Virus record (IMG/VR): IMGVR_UViG_3300043754_000023 | Location: 1 to 40,668 of that record | Strand: one strand, 5' to 3' | Length of the DNA: 40,668 bases | Source: a virus | Taxonomy: Duplodnaviria; Caudoviricetes | Shown: in pieces, positions 31,668 to 40,668 of the stretch | Layout: each line of letters begins with the position of its first letter | Position numbering within the stretch: position 1 is the stretch's first letter | Notes under the pieces: model-generated | Databases searched by the model: none | Seen by the model: the letters and a program-made list of their open reading frames with translations, nothing else | What the model was told of the DNA's origin: nothing | Made by a program: the position numbers and the translations under genes

Positions 31668-34601
31668 TTAAAGGCCGATGAGCGGCGTGTAGCCGCCGGT
31701 GAGAGACGAGTTGTCGAAGCAAGACGGATACGTGCCGCCGGGCGGCAATGCGATAGTCCCCGGATTAATGTCGCACAGATAGTCATTGGTGCTGTGCGAC
31801 TTGGTTGTTGCTGAAGCGAGCGTGACTTGCACGCTCGTGTACCCAGGAGAGACAGTCTGGACAGACAGGACTGTCACAGTCTCGGCGTTAGCCGTGCCGT
31901 ACCCCAAAGTCATCTGATACCCGGCACCGCCGGGAATGACATACTGAGCAGCTTCCAGGGAGAGCCCGTTGAGCGGGCCCACAGTGACGACAGTCGCCCC
32001 GGCGCTCACGCCGGCCGTAAGCTTCCCCCAGGTAGCCGAGATGACCCCGTACTGATACTGGGATGCCGGAGACATCTCGAAAGCCGCCTTGAGCGTCTTT
32101 CCTGTGTCGTCGCCAGACCAAGTCACTTTCTCGATGAAGCAGGACAGGGACTTGGAGGGCGCCGAAGTAGGGCGCCTGTTCACCATGACCAGATCTGCGA
32201 AGTTCAGCGTCATCAACGCCGAAAGGGCATTGGGATTGCTGGCACACTCCACATTCAGTCCTGCGAGCCGCGTATGCGGATCCTTGAACTGAGACAACAG
32301 ATAGTCGGCAACGTTCTTGCCGCCCTGAACAACCTGGGGATTGGTTGTCTTCTGAAGCGTCTGAGGGAAGTAATTCGCCTGAGACGTCGCATCCTGCGAC
32401 TCCTGAAGGCTGTTCGCATCGGTCAGGTCAGAAGACCCATCACAGGTGACCTGGATATCATTGAACAAGTGCGCAGGGTCTTGTTCGAAGGTGATGTCTG
32501 CCTGGTAGGGGATCTCGCCGGCAGAGACGTTCTCTCCGAACGTCGCCCTTGGTGAATTCTGAATCCAGCGCCAAAGCTGCCCATACAGAGTCGGGACGCC
32601 ATTACGGTCAATGGCGAACTGACCGACTTCAGTGTCGGCAGACTCCTGCAAGACGTCCAGGGGCGAACGGCCATTCATGGTGACGCCTCCGAGGAAGGCG
32701 TCAGAACCGATGATCTGAGAACGGGCAAAGCCCCCGGGCTGGAAATTGGCCTGAGTCATGATTCTGTTCAGGCGATTGCCGTTGCTCTCGCCAGACCACC
32801 CATTGGAAAAGCCGTTAGAGATATCGATCTGAGTGGCCACAGACAGCTCAGTCTGCCACTGGGCAACCCATGCCATGTCGCCGTTGAACGGCTGGGTGTT
32901 GAGACCAGCCGTTGTGACATAGGAGCCGATGGCGTCAGTTGTGTAGGTGTTTGAGAAGACGCTGGTTGCAGACGTTCCGAAGAACCACGTTCCGTCGACA
33001 GTCAGATGGATGGTCTTCCCGTCGGAAGACAGGGAAGCGATAGCACAGTGCCAGTCCCCGTCTGTCACGGTGACATAGGTGTTGATCCTGACAATGTTGG
33101 TCCCACCAGAGTTCTGGACGTTCAGACCGACATTGCCGTTGCTGTTGATGTACAGATAGGCGCCCGACTGGTCGCCAGAACCAGTGGCGAACCCTGCGGA
33201 GTTCGCGCACCACAATGACGACAGGCCATAGGTGCTGTTCTGTCCAGGGACGAGACTCGTCCTGAAGCAGACCATTCGGGTCCACCCGCCGCTAGCGGGA
33301 AAGGCGACGCCTTTGCCAGCGTAGGTCGCCCATTGCAGGTAGCTTGCGCCGGAGGTGTTGCCAAGGCTTGCAGCCTGGTTGTTGGCCATGGTGATGACGG
33401 GACCCGGAGTGTTCCAAAGGGTCCCGTTCTGATTCGTGCTGGAAATGCTGACATTGGTCGTGATGGCAGAGCCGACCAAGTCAAGGCCAACAGTATTGCC
33501 ATTGAGGTCATTGAACGCTTTGGCGTTCGCAACATCAGGGGCCGTGCCAACGGCGCCCAAATCCATCTGGTACGTGGTGTTCTGAGTCTTCATGTAGTTC
33601 GCCATGACATTGGCGAACGTGAGCTGGCTCAGGGGAGCCAGGGCATCAACTGCGGTGATGTCGACAAGACCGTACTTGCCGTTCTTGTCGTAGCGCTGAG
33701 GCCAGCGCTCAACAAAGCCTTGCCACATCTGCTGCCAGCCACCAGAAGTAACGTATGCAGTTGCCGAAGAAGACTCCTCGAACTGCCACGCAGTGGCCTG
33801 GACAGTCGTTGCTGCGGTCGTCGCCTGTTCGGTGACGACGACAGGGATTGCAAAGGCGGCGCCGGCAGGAGCCGTACCGGACACAGTCATCCGCCTGTTG
33901 GCGGTTGTGAGAGCCGTTGTGGTGGTGGCAGAGCCACCCAGGAGAGAGCCAGTCAGGGAGTAGAACGCGACCTGAACCTGAACGTTCAGGCTGGACATGC
34001 CTCCGGCCGCAAGCCGGAGATCTACTCCGGCCGAGTAGGCGCGGCCGGCCACCACGGTCACTGCGTTGTTGTCGGTCGTAGACCAGGACTGCGTAGCCCC
34101 TGTAGGGCCGTACACGGCCCCCGTAGACGCTGCGTTGGGCAGCGCCCAAGTGATGGCAGTAGTAAGGCCAGACTGCGACGCAGACAGCCCTGAGGCTGTC
34201 CCCAGCGTCCCCGTGGAAGCTGCCTGAGACTGAGAGTTCGTCCCATTGGCCATCCACGGGTAGGCAAGGTTCCTTGTCGGGTTGGCCATGAAGACCAGCC
34301 GGCAACGCCGGTACGGCAGAACATAGCCGTTGAAGAATGAGGACGTGTTGTCGGGATCAAACTGCCCGTCAAGATTGTCCAGAGTGAATGTCAGCGATCC
34401 GGACTCGATGGAGTCCGACTCGTACTGCCGGCCAGCAAGCGTGGCTTTCCAGGAGCCACGCAGCCTCTCAGAGACCGTGTACCAGTGATTGGGGGCCGTC
34501 GTGTTGCCTCCGGCATTCCAGGCAATCTGCACGAGGACTCTCGGCCAGGTGCTGATAGTAGCGCCACCAGTGGTGGCGAAGCCGGGAGGATTGAAAGTCA
34601 C
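31668..34601 (-). CDS. Minor tail/baseplate protein with carbohydrate-binding and LamG-like domains
   Basis: LDNLDGQFDP, W.G.VE.W, DGDWH (LamG), LFNDIQV; follows tape measure. Confidence 0.85.
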   Translation of the reverse strand: MTFNPPGFATTGGATISTWPRVLVQIAWNAGGNTTAPNHWYTVSERLRGSWKATLAGRQYESDSIESGSLTFTLDNLDGQFDPDNTSSFFNGYVLPYRRCRLVFMANPTRNLAYPWMANGTNSQSQAASTGTLGTASGLSASQSGLTTAITWALPNAASTGAVYGPTGATQSWSTTDNNAVTVVAGRAYSAGVDLRLAAGGMSSLNVQVQVAFYSLTGSLLGGSATTTTALTTANRRMTVSGTAPAGAAFAIPVVVTEQATTAATTVQATAWQFEESSSATAYVTSGGWQQMWQGFVERWPQRYDKNGKYGLVDITAVDALAPLSQLTFANVMANYMKTQNTTYQMDLGAVGTAPDVANAKAFNDLNGNTVGLDLVGSAITTNVSISSTNQNGTLWNTPGPVITMANNQAASLGNTSGASYLQWATYAGKGVAFPASGGWTRMVCFRTSLVPGQNSTYGLSSLWCANSAGFATGSGDQSGAYLYINSNGNVGLNVQNSGGTNIVRINTYVTVTDGDWHCAIASLSSDGKTIHLTVDGTWFFGTSATSVFSNTYTTDAIGSYVTTAGLNTQPFNGDMAWVAQWQTELSVATQIDISNGFSNGWSGESNGNRLNRIMTQANFQPGGFARSQIIGSDAFLGGVTMNGRSPLDVLQESADTEVGQFAIDRNGVPTLYGQLWRWIQNSPRATFGENVSAGEIPYQADITFEQDPAHLFNDIQVTCDGSSDLTDANSLQESQDATSQANYFPQTLQKTTNPQVVQGGKNVADYLLSQFKDPHTRLAGLNVECASNPNALSALMTLNFADLVMVNRRPTSAPSKSLSCFIEKVTWSGDDTGKTLKAAFEMSPASQYQYGVISATWGKLTAGVSAGATVVTVGPLNGLSLEAAQYVIPGGAGYQMTLGYGTANAETVTVLSVQTVSPGYTSVQVTLASATTKSHSTNDYLCDINPGTIALPPGGTYPSCFDNSSLTGGYTPLIGL

Positions 34602-34616
34602 GACGACCCCCTTTCG

Positions 34617-37115
34617 TTACTGGGCAAGTGAAAGCCCATTGGACCGGTTACGACGGTTGTACTGAAGGGTTGCCTTCTGCATTCCCTTGAAAAGCGTCTG
34701 TCCGTCAAGCTGGAAATAGATCTCCTGCTGAAGCGGGACGCCATTGCCGCCGTTGGCGGCTGCGTAGGAGCTGTAGGCGCCTGTTTCGAGCATCACAGAG
34801 CCAAGGTCTGCTCGCTCTGAAGCGAGATTCCTAGCAAGGCTTGAAACACTCGCATGAGCCAAATGAGCATGGTCGTCAACACCCTTTGCGATGCCCTCAG
34901 GGATCGCCATACCAACGACGCTCGCGAAGACCTTCGAAGGCGAGTTGATGCCCAGGAAGGACTTGGCCGCATTCAGTGCGGACGAAGCGAGACCCTTCAG
35001 GGAGTTGAAGAGGCTTCCGGCGGAAGACTCAACACCATTGATGATTCCCCAGACGATAGAAGAGCCAATGCTCTTGAACCAAGAGCCAACGTTCTTCACT
35101 GCGTCCCAAGCCTTCACCAGTCCATTCCAGATGGACGTAGCAATATTGCTGATGACGCTGACTATCGAGTGCCAAGCACTCGTGAGCGGGTTAATCATCG
35201 CGGTCTTGATGGAGTTCCAAAGGCTGACAGCAGAACTCCGGATGGAGTTCCACCTGGAAACCAGCCATGTGTATATGGCGTTCCATACCGACTTCAGGAA
35301 GTCGTACACAGCCTGGATAGGCTGAACAATGTATTCCTTGATGAAGGCCCAATCGCCCTTGGCGGTCGCCTTCATCTCGTCCCAGACCTTCTTGAGGAAC
35401 GAGGATATCCAATTCCATACAGTCTTGACCACGTCCATGATCTGCTTATGGAAGTGATTCCAGAGAGCAACGATCGCAGCAATGTACGGGAAGAAGATGA
35501 CCAGGAGCAGTGGCCACCACTTCTTGAAGAATCCAAGGATGGCATTCCAAATGGTCTTCGTGAAGTTGACGACGCTGTTCCATGCGCTCACGATCGGATT
35601 GACGACCGCGTGCCACGCAGTGGCGAAGAAGTTGGCTATCGCATGCCATGCCGTAGTGATGGCGTTGCCAACCGCATTCCAAGCCGTTATGGCTCCGCTC
35701 TTGATCCCGTCCCAGACGGTCTCAAGGAAGTGCCAGACATCTAGTGCGACTTCCTTGATGAGTCCCCAGACCTGTTTCCAGTGGGTGGCAAGAAGGAGAA
35801 TCACAACGATGATGGCCGTAATAGCGGCCACCCAGGGGATTGCTTCCATGACAGCCGCTGAAGTGATCCATGCGTACATGGCGTAAGTGACAGCCACAAT
35901 GGCGCCCACCAGGGCTGTGCCAATCAGGATTGCCAGAGACTCAGCAATCGTCTTGTGCTTTGTCAGCCACGTGACGACAGTGCCGAAGGCCTTGGCCATC
36001 TTGGACACCCAAGGCAGAAGCACGTTACCGATCTCAATGCCCAGAGCTTGCAGGGAGGCCTTCGCCTCCTTCATTCTCTGACTGAACGTCGCCTGAGTTC
36101 CTGCCCATGCACTCTGGAATCCGGAAGCGCCCTTGGCGACTTCCTTCACCTTCGAGTTGTACCGGTCAAGCTGTCCCAGAAGGACAGCGAGGCCTGAGCC
36201 GGCCTTCTTGCCGAAGATCTCAGTGATGGTGGCGCCCTGATCCTTGGCAGTGATGCCGGCAGCACGCATGTGCTGCATCAGGTCGTTCAGGGCCCCTGTA
36301 AGGCCATGCTCTTGCATCTCCTTCTGAAGGGATGTCGTAGACAGTCCCATGTTCTTCAGGGCCTCAGTACCCGCCTTAGCGGGGACCGCAAGAGCCTGCA
36401 CAGCCATACGCAGATCAGTAGCGGCGTTGGCGCCGCGAATGTTGTTGTCACCAAACGTTGCCAGGGCGGCACCAACGTCATTCAGGGTGACGCCATAACC
36501 CTTCACAATGGCGAGGACACCGGTACCCATGGCGTCGGCCAAGTCCTGCATCTGCATGTCACCAGAACCGACGATGGCATTCAGGGCACCCATGGCCTGG
36601 CCGTAGTTCTCGACGCCAGGGATGCCGGACGCAATAGCAGCATCAAGAGCGTTCTGAACGTCCACCAAGTTGGCGTGGCCGACTGCGGCGCCTTCCGCCG
36701 CAACCTTCAGAATGTCCAAGGCCTTTTGACCGGTAATGCCGGTTGAGGCGAACGACGACTCAACGTGATACAGGGACTCCGCCAGGGAGTCCGGGGAGAA
36801 TCCGACTTGGCCGGCAAGGGCCAGGACACCATCACCAAGGCCCTTGATCTTATCTTTGCTCACACCCGCCTGAGTGTTAAGCTTGGTCATCTGGTCCTGG
36901 AAGTCTGCTGCCATTTTGACCGTGCCTACAGCCGCAGCAGCAGCGGCAATACCAATGCCCATGACTGCGGCCTTGGACACGCGGCCGAACTTGGAGAACG
37001 AGGTTTCGCCTTCGGCTGCGGCCTTTCCTGTCTCGGCCTTGATGTCCGCCATGGCGGTCTTAATACCTGTGGACTTGCCAAGGAACTCAACGAACACCGG
37101 AGGCAAACCGGCCAT
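34617..37115 (-). CDS. Tape measure protein
   Basis: Ala-rich TMP domain, periodic Trp repeats, GINSPSKVF. Confidence 0.95.
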   Translation of the reverse strand: MAGLPPVFVEFLGKSTGIKTAMADIKAETGKAAAEGETSFSKFGRVSKAAVMGIGIAAAAAAVGTVKMAADFQDQMTKLNTQAGVSKDKIKGLGDGVLALAGQVGFSPDSLAESLYHVESSFASTGITGQKALDILKVAAEGAAVGHANLVDVQNALDAAIASGIPGVENYGQAMGALNAIVGSGDMQMQDLADAMGTGVLAIVKGYGVTLNDVGAALATFGDNNIRGANAATDLRMAVQALAVPAKAGTEALKNMGLSTTSLQKEMQEHGLTGALNDLMQHMRAAGITAKDQGATITEIFGKKAGSGLAVLLGQLDRYNSKVKEVAKGASGFQSAWAGTQATFSQRMKEAKASLQALGIEIGNVLLPWVSKMAKAFGTVVTWLTKHKTIAESLAILIGTALVGAIVAVTYAMYAWITSAAVMEAIPWVAAITAIIVVILLLATHWKQVWGLIKEVALDVWHFLETVWDGIKSGAITAWNAVGNAITTAWHAIANFFATAWHAVVNPIVSAWNSVVNFTKTIWNAILGFFKKWWPLLLVIFFPYIAAIVALWNHFHKQIMDVVKTVWNWISSFLKKVWDEMKATAKGDWAFIKEYIVQPIQAVYDFLKSVWNAIYTWLVSRWNSIRSSAVSLWNSIKTAMINPLTSAWHSIVSVISNIATSIWNGLVKAWDAVKNVGSWFKSIGSSIVWGIINGVESSAGSLFNSLKGLASSALNAAKSFLGINSPSKVFASVVGMAIPEGIAKGVDDHAHLAHASVSSLARNLASERADLGSVMLETGAYSSYAAANGGNGVPLQQEIYFQLDGQTLFKGMQKATLQYNRRNRSNGLSLAQ

Positions 37116-37126
37116 GGGTTACCCCC

Positions 37127-37603
37127 TTACAGTCGTATGGCTTTGTCCCAAGCCTTCATCCAAATTGCTTCCATGCCCTTTGAGGCGGATTCAACGCCGG
37201 GCTTGAAATACGGGTACTTGCCCTCAACCTTGCTGCGGTACATATTCGTGGTGGAATGAGTACCGCCAACGCCTACACCGCCCTTGAAGCCACCAAGAGT
37301 CTTCTTGGGCCTCTTGACGCCGCCAACGGCGCGGGAAAGGTGGCCCGTAAACTTTCCAGGGCCACCACCCTTGGAAACGTGGTGAGGACTTAGGTGAAGA
37401 TTCACGCTATTGTCATAGACGCGGGACTTCCCGCGCTGATCCCAGCGTGGCCGACCACGCATCTTGGACCGAATGTTTTTCTTAGCAAGACTCTGTGTCG
37501 CCTTCAGGGCGGACACGGTGGCCACATCAATGCGTTTAGAGACAGCGTCCAGGGCGGCGTGAAGGTCGCCCGCGATGACGCGATACCCAAATTCAGCGGG
37601 CAT
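37127..37603 (-). CDS. Tail completion protein (HK97 gp10-like)
   Basis: Basic protein; PGKFTG.L.R, VEG.YPYFKPG. Confidence 0.65.
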   Translation of the reverse strand: MPAEFGYRVIAGDLHAALDAVSKRIDVATVSALKATQSLAKKNIRSKMRGRPRWDQRGKSRVYDNSVNLHLSPHHVSKGGGPGKFTGHLSRAVGGVKRPKKTLGGFKGGVGVGGTHSTTNMYRSKVEGKYPYFKPGVESASKGMEAIWMKAWDKAIRL

Positions 37604-37823
37604 TGGCTTCCGCCTCTTTCTCCGCCTTGAACTCCTTCACAATTTTGTCCACAGCCAAGAGCCAGTCCAGCTCAAGAGCCGATTCCTCTTCCAGCTCAGA
37701 AGGGCGGCAATGCAGGAGACTGCACAGCCGCCATAGCCGGTACTCCTCCATGGGGAGTTCATGAATGGGGTAGTCCATCCCCCCCAACGCAGCCTTTAGG
37801 CGTTGGAGGGAGCGGTAGGGGAA
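37593..37823 (-). CDS. Tail assembly chaperone -1 frameshift extension
   Basis: -1 frame opens at TTC CCC (37823) and runs to 37593; LHCRPSELEE motif. Confidence 0.65.
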   Translation of the reverse strand, partial: FPYRSLQRLKAALGGMDYPIHELPMEEYRLWRLCSLLHCRPSELEEESALELDWLLAVDKIVKEFKAEKEAEANAR

Positions 37824-38236
37824 TCAGACTCGGTAGTCGGATCGAAGGAGGGGTTAAGCCCCGACTGGTAAGGCGCAGCCGCCTCACGCAGCGCGTCAAG
37901 CGCTGCGCTGGGGATGTCCAGGAGTCCGTCAGGGGTAATCTCCTGAGCAAAGCTCCAGCCGCGCACAGCGGCGCAGACCAAGCGATCCTGGAGCTCTTCG
38001 AGGATGTCGAACGAGTCTCCCATAACGGCGGCAATCTGAAGCTGTTCCGCCTGAGTCATTTCCTTGCCCTGTGCGGTCTGCACAGCGTTGACAAACTCAG
38101 GGTGAGACGCAAGCTGCGTCGACAGCTTCTTGATCGGTCGGCGCATTCGCTCCGTGATGTCAGAGACGGGACGGAAGTCCGCCCAAGCGCCATTCGGAAG
38201 ACCAACCCGGTTGGGGACAGTGATGTCAAGGGCCAT
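37796..38236 (-). CDS. Tail assembly chaperone
   Basis: Follows major tail gene; VRGWSF; ends DSPTAPSNA. Confidence 0.8.
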   Translation of the reverse strand: MALDITVPNRVGLPNGAWADFRPVSDITERMRRPIKKLSTQLASHPEFVNAVQTAQGKEMTQAEQLQIAAVMGDSFDILEELQDRLVCAAVRGWSFAQEITPDGLLDIPSAALDALREAAAPYQSGLNPSFDPTTESDSPTAPSNA

Positions 38237-39195
38237 TAGTAAGTACCTCCCGCAACGGCGTTGGTAAGCGTCGCCTTGATAGGCGAGTAACCGCCAGAGG
38301 CTCCAATGTCGGTCGTATTGGCATAGGTCTTGTAGCTGACAGGCAGCTCAATGTAATCCTTGCCGTACGAAGGCGTGCCGCTGTCCCAAGCAGCAGTACT
38401 GCAATGCAGCGTCAGACCAGTCTGAGTGGAACCCGTACCATTGGTAAACGAGAACTCCACAGGCTGAATGGTCGAAGACTGGAAGTTCGTCCGCTCCGTG
38501 TTGTTCTCCATGACCAGCGTGAGCTTTCCGCTCACGTCAATGTCGCCAGACCAGATGGCGTACGGGTCCTGAGACCCGTTCGCACCACGAATGACCTCAA
38601 CATTCCTCTTGATAGTCATCTCACCATCGATCACAAAGACCTGAGTTCCGTTGACCTTCGTCAACGTGGTCCAGTTGGCAACCGGCTTCACGCCGGAGAA
38701 AGACGCAGTCGGCTTCGTGCCAGTGGCGTACTTCCAGCCCATGCCCTTTGCGGTGTACGAGAACAGGCCATCGGCAGTCCACTTGAAGCCAAGCTCCGAG
38801 AGCTTGACGCCGGGGTACTGCCAAGTGCCCAGGGGGTCATCAATAGTGAACGTCAGAGAATGCCCCTGAGTGTCACCAGAGCACAGCGTGCTGAACGCAG
38901 TGCTATAAGGCGCAGCGGCGCCTGTAGTCGTCATGTCGGGAAGAAGCGACTGGATAAGGAATCCGAGAGAGTCGGCGAAGACGTCGCCGCCAAAGTCAAG
39001 CTCAGATCCCTTCTGACCCTGGACAAGCCCAAAGGAAGCAACCGGCGCACCACGCTGGCCGGTGTCGTCAATCAGGGTGACGTCATCCTTGGGAGTCAGC
39101 GTCTTCCAGGGAATCCACTGAGTGGGGACAACCGCCGTACCCGGCGTGGTCTCCTTGCCAACAGAGAATGTTGCAAGATGTGAAGGCTTAGGCAT
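38236..39195 (-). CDS. Major tail tube protein
   Basis: GKETTPGTAV N-terminus; beta-rich, 319 aa; AAGGAGG RBS. Confidence 0.88.
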   Translation of the reverse strand: MPKPSHLATFSVGKETTPGTAVVPTQWIPWKTLTPKDDVTLIDDTGQRGAPVASFGLVQGQKGSELDFGGDVFADSLGFLIQSLLPDMTTTGAAAPYSTAFSTLCSGDTQGHSLTFTIDDPLGTWQYPGVKLSELGFKWTADGLFSYTAKGMGWKYATGTKPTASFSGVKPVANWTTLTKVNGTQVFVIDGEMTIKRNVEVIRGANGSQDPYAIWSGDIDVSGKLTLVMENNTERTNFQSSTIQPVEFSFTNGTGSTQTGLTLHCSTAAWDSGTPSYGKDYIELPVSYKTYANTTDIGASGGYSPIKATLTNAVAGGTY

Positions 39196-39352
39196 TCTCT
39201 ACCTCCTTCTCGGGAGGCGTGACAGCCTCTTCAGTAGTGGCCCAAAGGCCATCATCGGGATTGTGGTCAAGTTCGTAGACACCGCCCGGAATCGGAGTGA
39301 TCCCAAACGCGGGGTAATACCGGCCCTCAGGACCGGAATACTTGAGGTGCAT
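39188..39352 (-). CDS. Small hypothetical protein (54 aa, absent from ORF track)
   Basis: AAGGAG RBS; MHLKYSGPEGRYYPAFG... Confidence 0.65.
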   Translation of the reverse strand: MHLKYSGPEGRYYPAFGITPIPGGVYELDHNPDDGLWATTEEAVTPPEKEVENA

Positions 39353-39363
39353 AGGAGCACTCC

Positions 39364-39840
39364 TTAAAGGACGTTCATTACGTCAATGGTGATTTCAACG
39401 TCAACGCGAGGGCCCATGTGCTCCTTGTCCCATTCCGGCGTGTAGGTCACAGAGGCAGGGCGGGCACGGTCAACAAGCCCGCCCAACGACGGATCAGACC
39501 TGACGTAATTGACAATGAGATTGGTGAGCGCAGAGGCGCGGTTCATCACAAGGGCAGTGTCCTCACCACCACGGATGACAGACACACAGATGGACTGCTG
39601 ATAGTCCTCGCGAAGCCACAGGGGGCCACCCGTTCCCACGGTGGCCTCAGGACTATAGGTCTGATGTGTAGACCCGATATAGACGATGTCCTCAGGCTGA
39701 TAGGTGCCAGGCTCTCCCTGGCACACCAAGAGGCCATCAGCCTCGGGATCGGGCGTCAAAAGGGCCGTGAGGCCCGTCAGAAGGTACGTCTGCGCCGCAG
39801 GGATTGAGGACGCTGGGATGTCCCCTATTGGGTATGTCAT
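39364..39840 (-). CDS. Tail terminator-like protein
   Basis: LREDY..SI.V, VRSDPSLGGLV; synteny. Confidence 0.7.
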   Translation of the reverse strand: MTYPIGDIPASSIPAAQTYLLTGLTALLTPDPEADGLLVCQGEPGTYQPEDIVYIGSTHQTYSPEATVGTGGPLWLREDYQQSICVSVIRGGEDTALVMNRASALTNLIVNYVRSDPSLGGLVDRARPASVTYTPEWDKEHMGPRVDVEITIDVMNVL

Positions 39841-40668
39841 GCGATCCCCGGCGGGCGACGGAACGGAGACCAGAGCTCAACAACACGATCGGGGAGGGCG
39901 AAGCCTGTCGGCACAACGCCTTCACCAAGCTCTGCTGCCGCGCCAATGCGCGGCCTGCCCGCCTGTTGAGTCATGGACCAGAGATGCCGGATGAGCTCAA
40001 GTGCGCCAAGGCGCACCGTGAACGGAACGCTTGAACGTCCCGACGTATAGACAACTTTGATGTTTTTCGCCCCGATGGCGAACATGGCCGGCTGACCGCC
40101 GAAGGTTCGGCGGGTGATCTGGCCAGTCTCATAATCGGCAGTGAATGCAAAGGCGTTCATCTGGGAACCCAGGGGCTGTTCTGTCAGGGGGAACGCCGAC
40201 AGGCCGTAATACTCGGTCGCAGACTGAATGGTCTGCAACGGAAGCCAGTCAGGGACGATGGTGTTCCCGCCACCATCAAAGAACTGGGTGTGCTGCTCGG
40301 GCAGGAACGGCCCGCAGACGTCACGGGCCTGGTCTGCGGCCATCAGGATGAAGCCCTGGAGTTCGTCATCAACCGCTGTGTTGGACAGCGGGATGTTCAG
40401 GTGCTTCTTCACGCTGTTCAGGTCTACGAGCTGTTCAACACCCATCGGGCGGACAGTGAACTGTCCCTCGGAGGCAAATCCGATACCCGTACCGGTGGCG
40501 GTCCACCGGAAGAGCCAGATGCCGGCCGCAGAGGCGGCCGGCACGACTGCGGCGTACCCGCCGCTGCCAGTGGACGCCGTTGCAGGCGTCGACACAGTTC
40601 CATTCGGGTCCGTGACCGTAAGGGTCACGGTTGGGGTTCCAGTAACCGGATTCCCATTGTCGTCAAGA
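39837..40668 (-). CDS. Head-to-tail adaptor (3' part; start at 180 across the origin)
   Basis: LVDL.SVKKHLNI...DDELQ.FI..A, VVYTSGR..VP.TVRLGALELIRHLW. Confidence 0.85.
   Translation of the reverse strand, partial: LDDNGNPVTGTPTVTLTVTDPNGTVSTPATASTGSGGYAAVVPAASAAGIWLFRWTATGTGIGFASEGQFTVRPMGVEQLVDLNSVKKHLNIPLSNTAVDDELQGFILMAADQARDVCGPFLPEQHTQFFDGGGNTIVPDWLPLQTIQSATEYYGLSAFPLTEQPLGSQMNAFAFTADYETGQITRRTFGGQPAMFAIGAKNIKVVYTSGRSSVPFTVRLGALELIRHLWSMTQQAGRPRIGAAAELGEGVVPTGFALPDRVVELWSPFRRPPGIA
40542..40668. repeat. Terminal overlap copy
   Basis: Identical to 1-127. Confidence 0.95.

Overview
The window is an apparently complete, circularly assembled temperate actinophage (siphovirus) genome of 40,541 bp; bases 1-127 repeat 40542-40668 as an assembly overlap. 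The host is probably a Streptomyces-like actinomycete (inference from gene content). The minus strand carries the late/virion operon: an RNA-gene cluster, permuted NlpC/P60 protein, HNH, TerS/TerL, portal, protease, HK97 capsid, connectors, tail, tape measure, endolysin and holins. The plus strand carries the early region: DnaE-type polymerase, a short beta-clamp-like protein, L5 gp71-like repressor, Cas4/RecB-like nuclease, DnaB-like ATPase, EndoVII, split primase, C5 methyltransferase and metallophosphoesterase. A large serine integrase with a recognisable attP interrupts the early region. Most notable observations: (1) a ~600-nt back-to-back array of structured RNAs (7982-8587) with tRNA-Asn, a very atypical tRNA-like gene and a duplicated unknown three-way-junction motif; (2) a 148-aa, 56% His/Lys/Arg protamine-like protein with identical terminal heptapeptides in the head module; (3) two paralogous 36-aa RDF-like micro-genes flanking integrase/attP; (4) eight palindromic operator/-35 sites; (5) apparent ATC/ATA/ATT starts on terminase, helicase and primase; (6) a tandem-internal-loop RNA leader before the capsid gene. 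All calls are by eye and hand-folding; no database searches were run.
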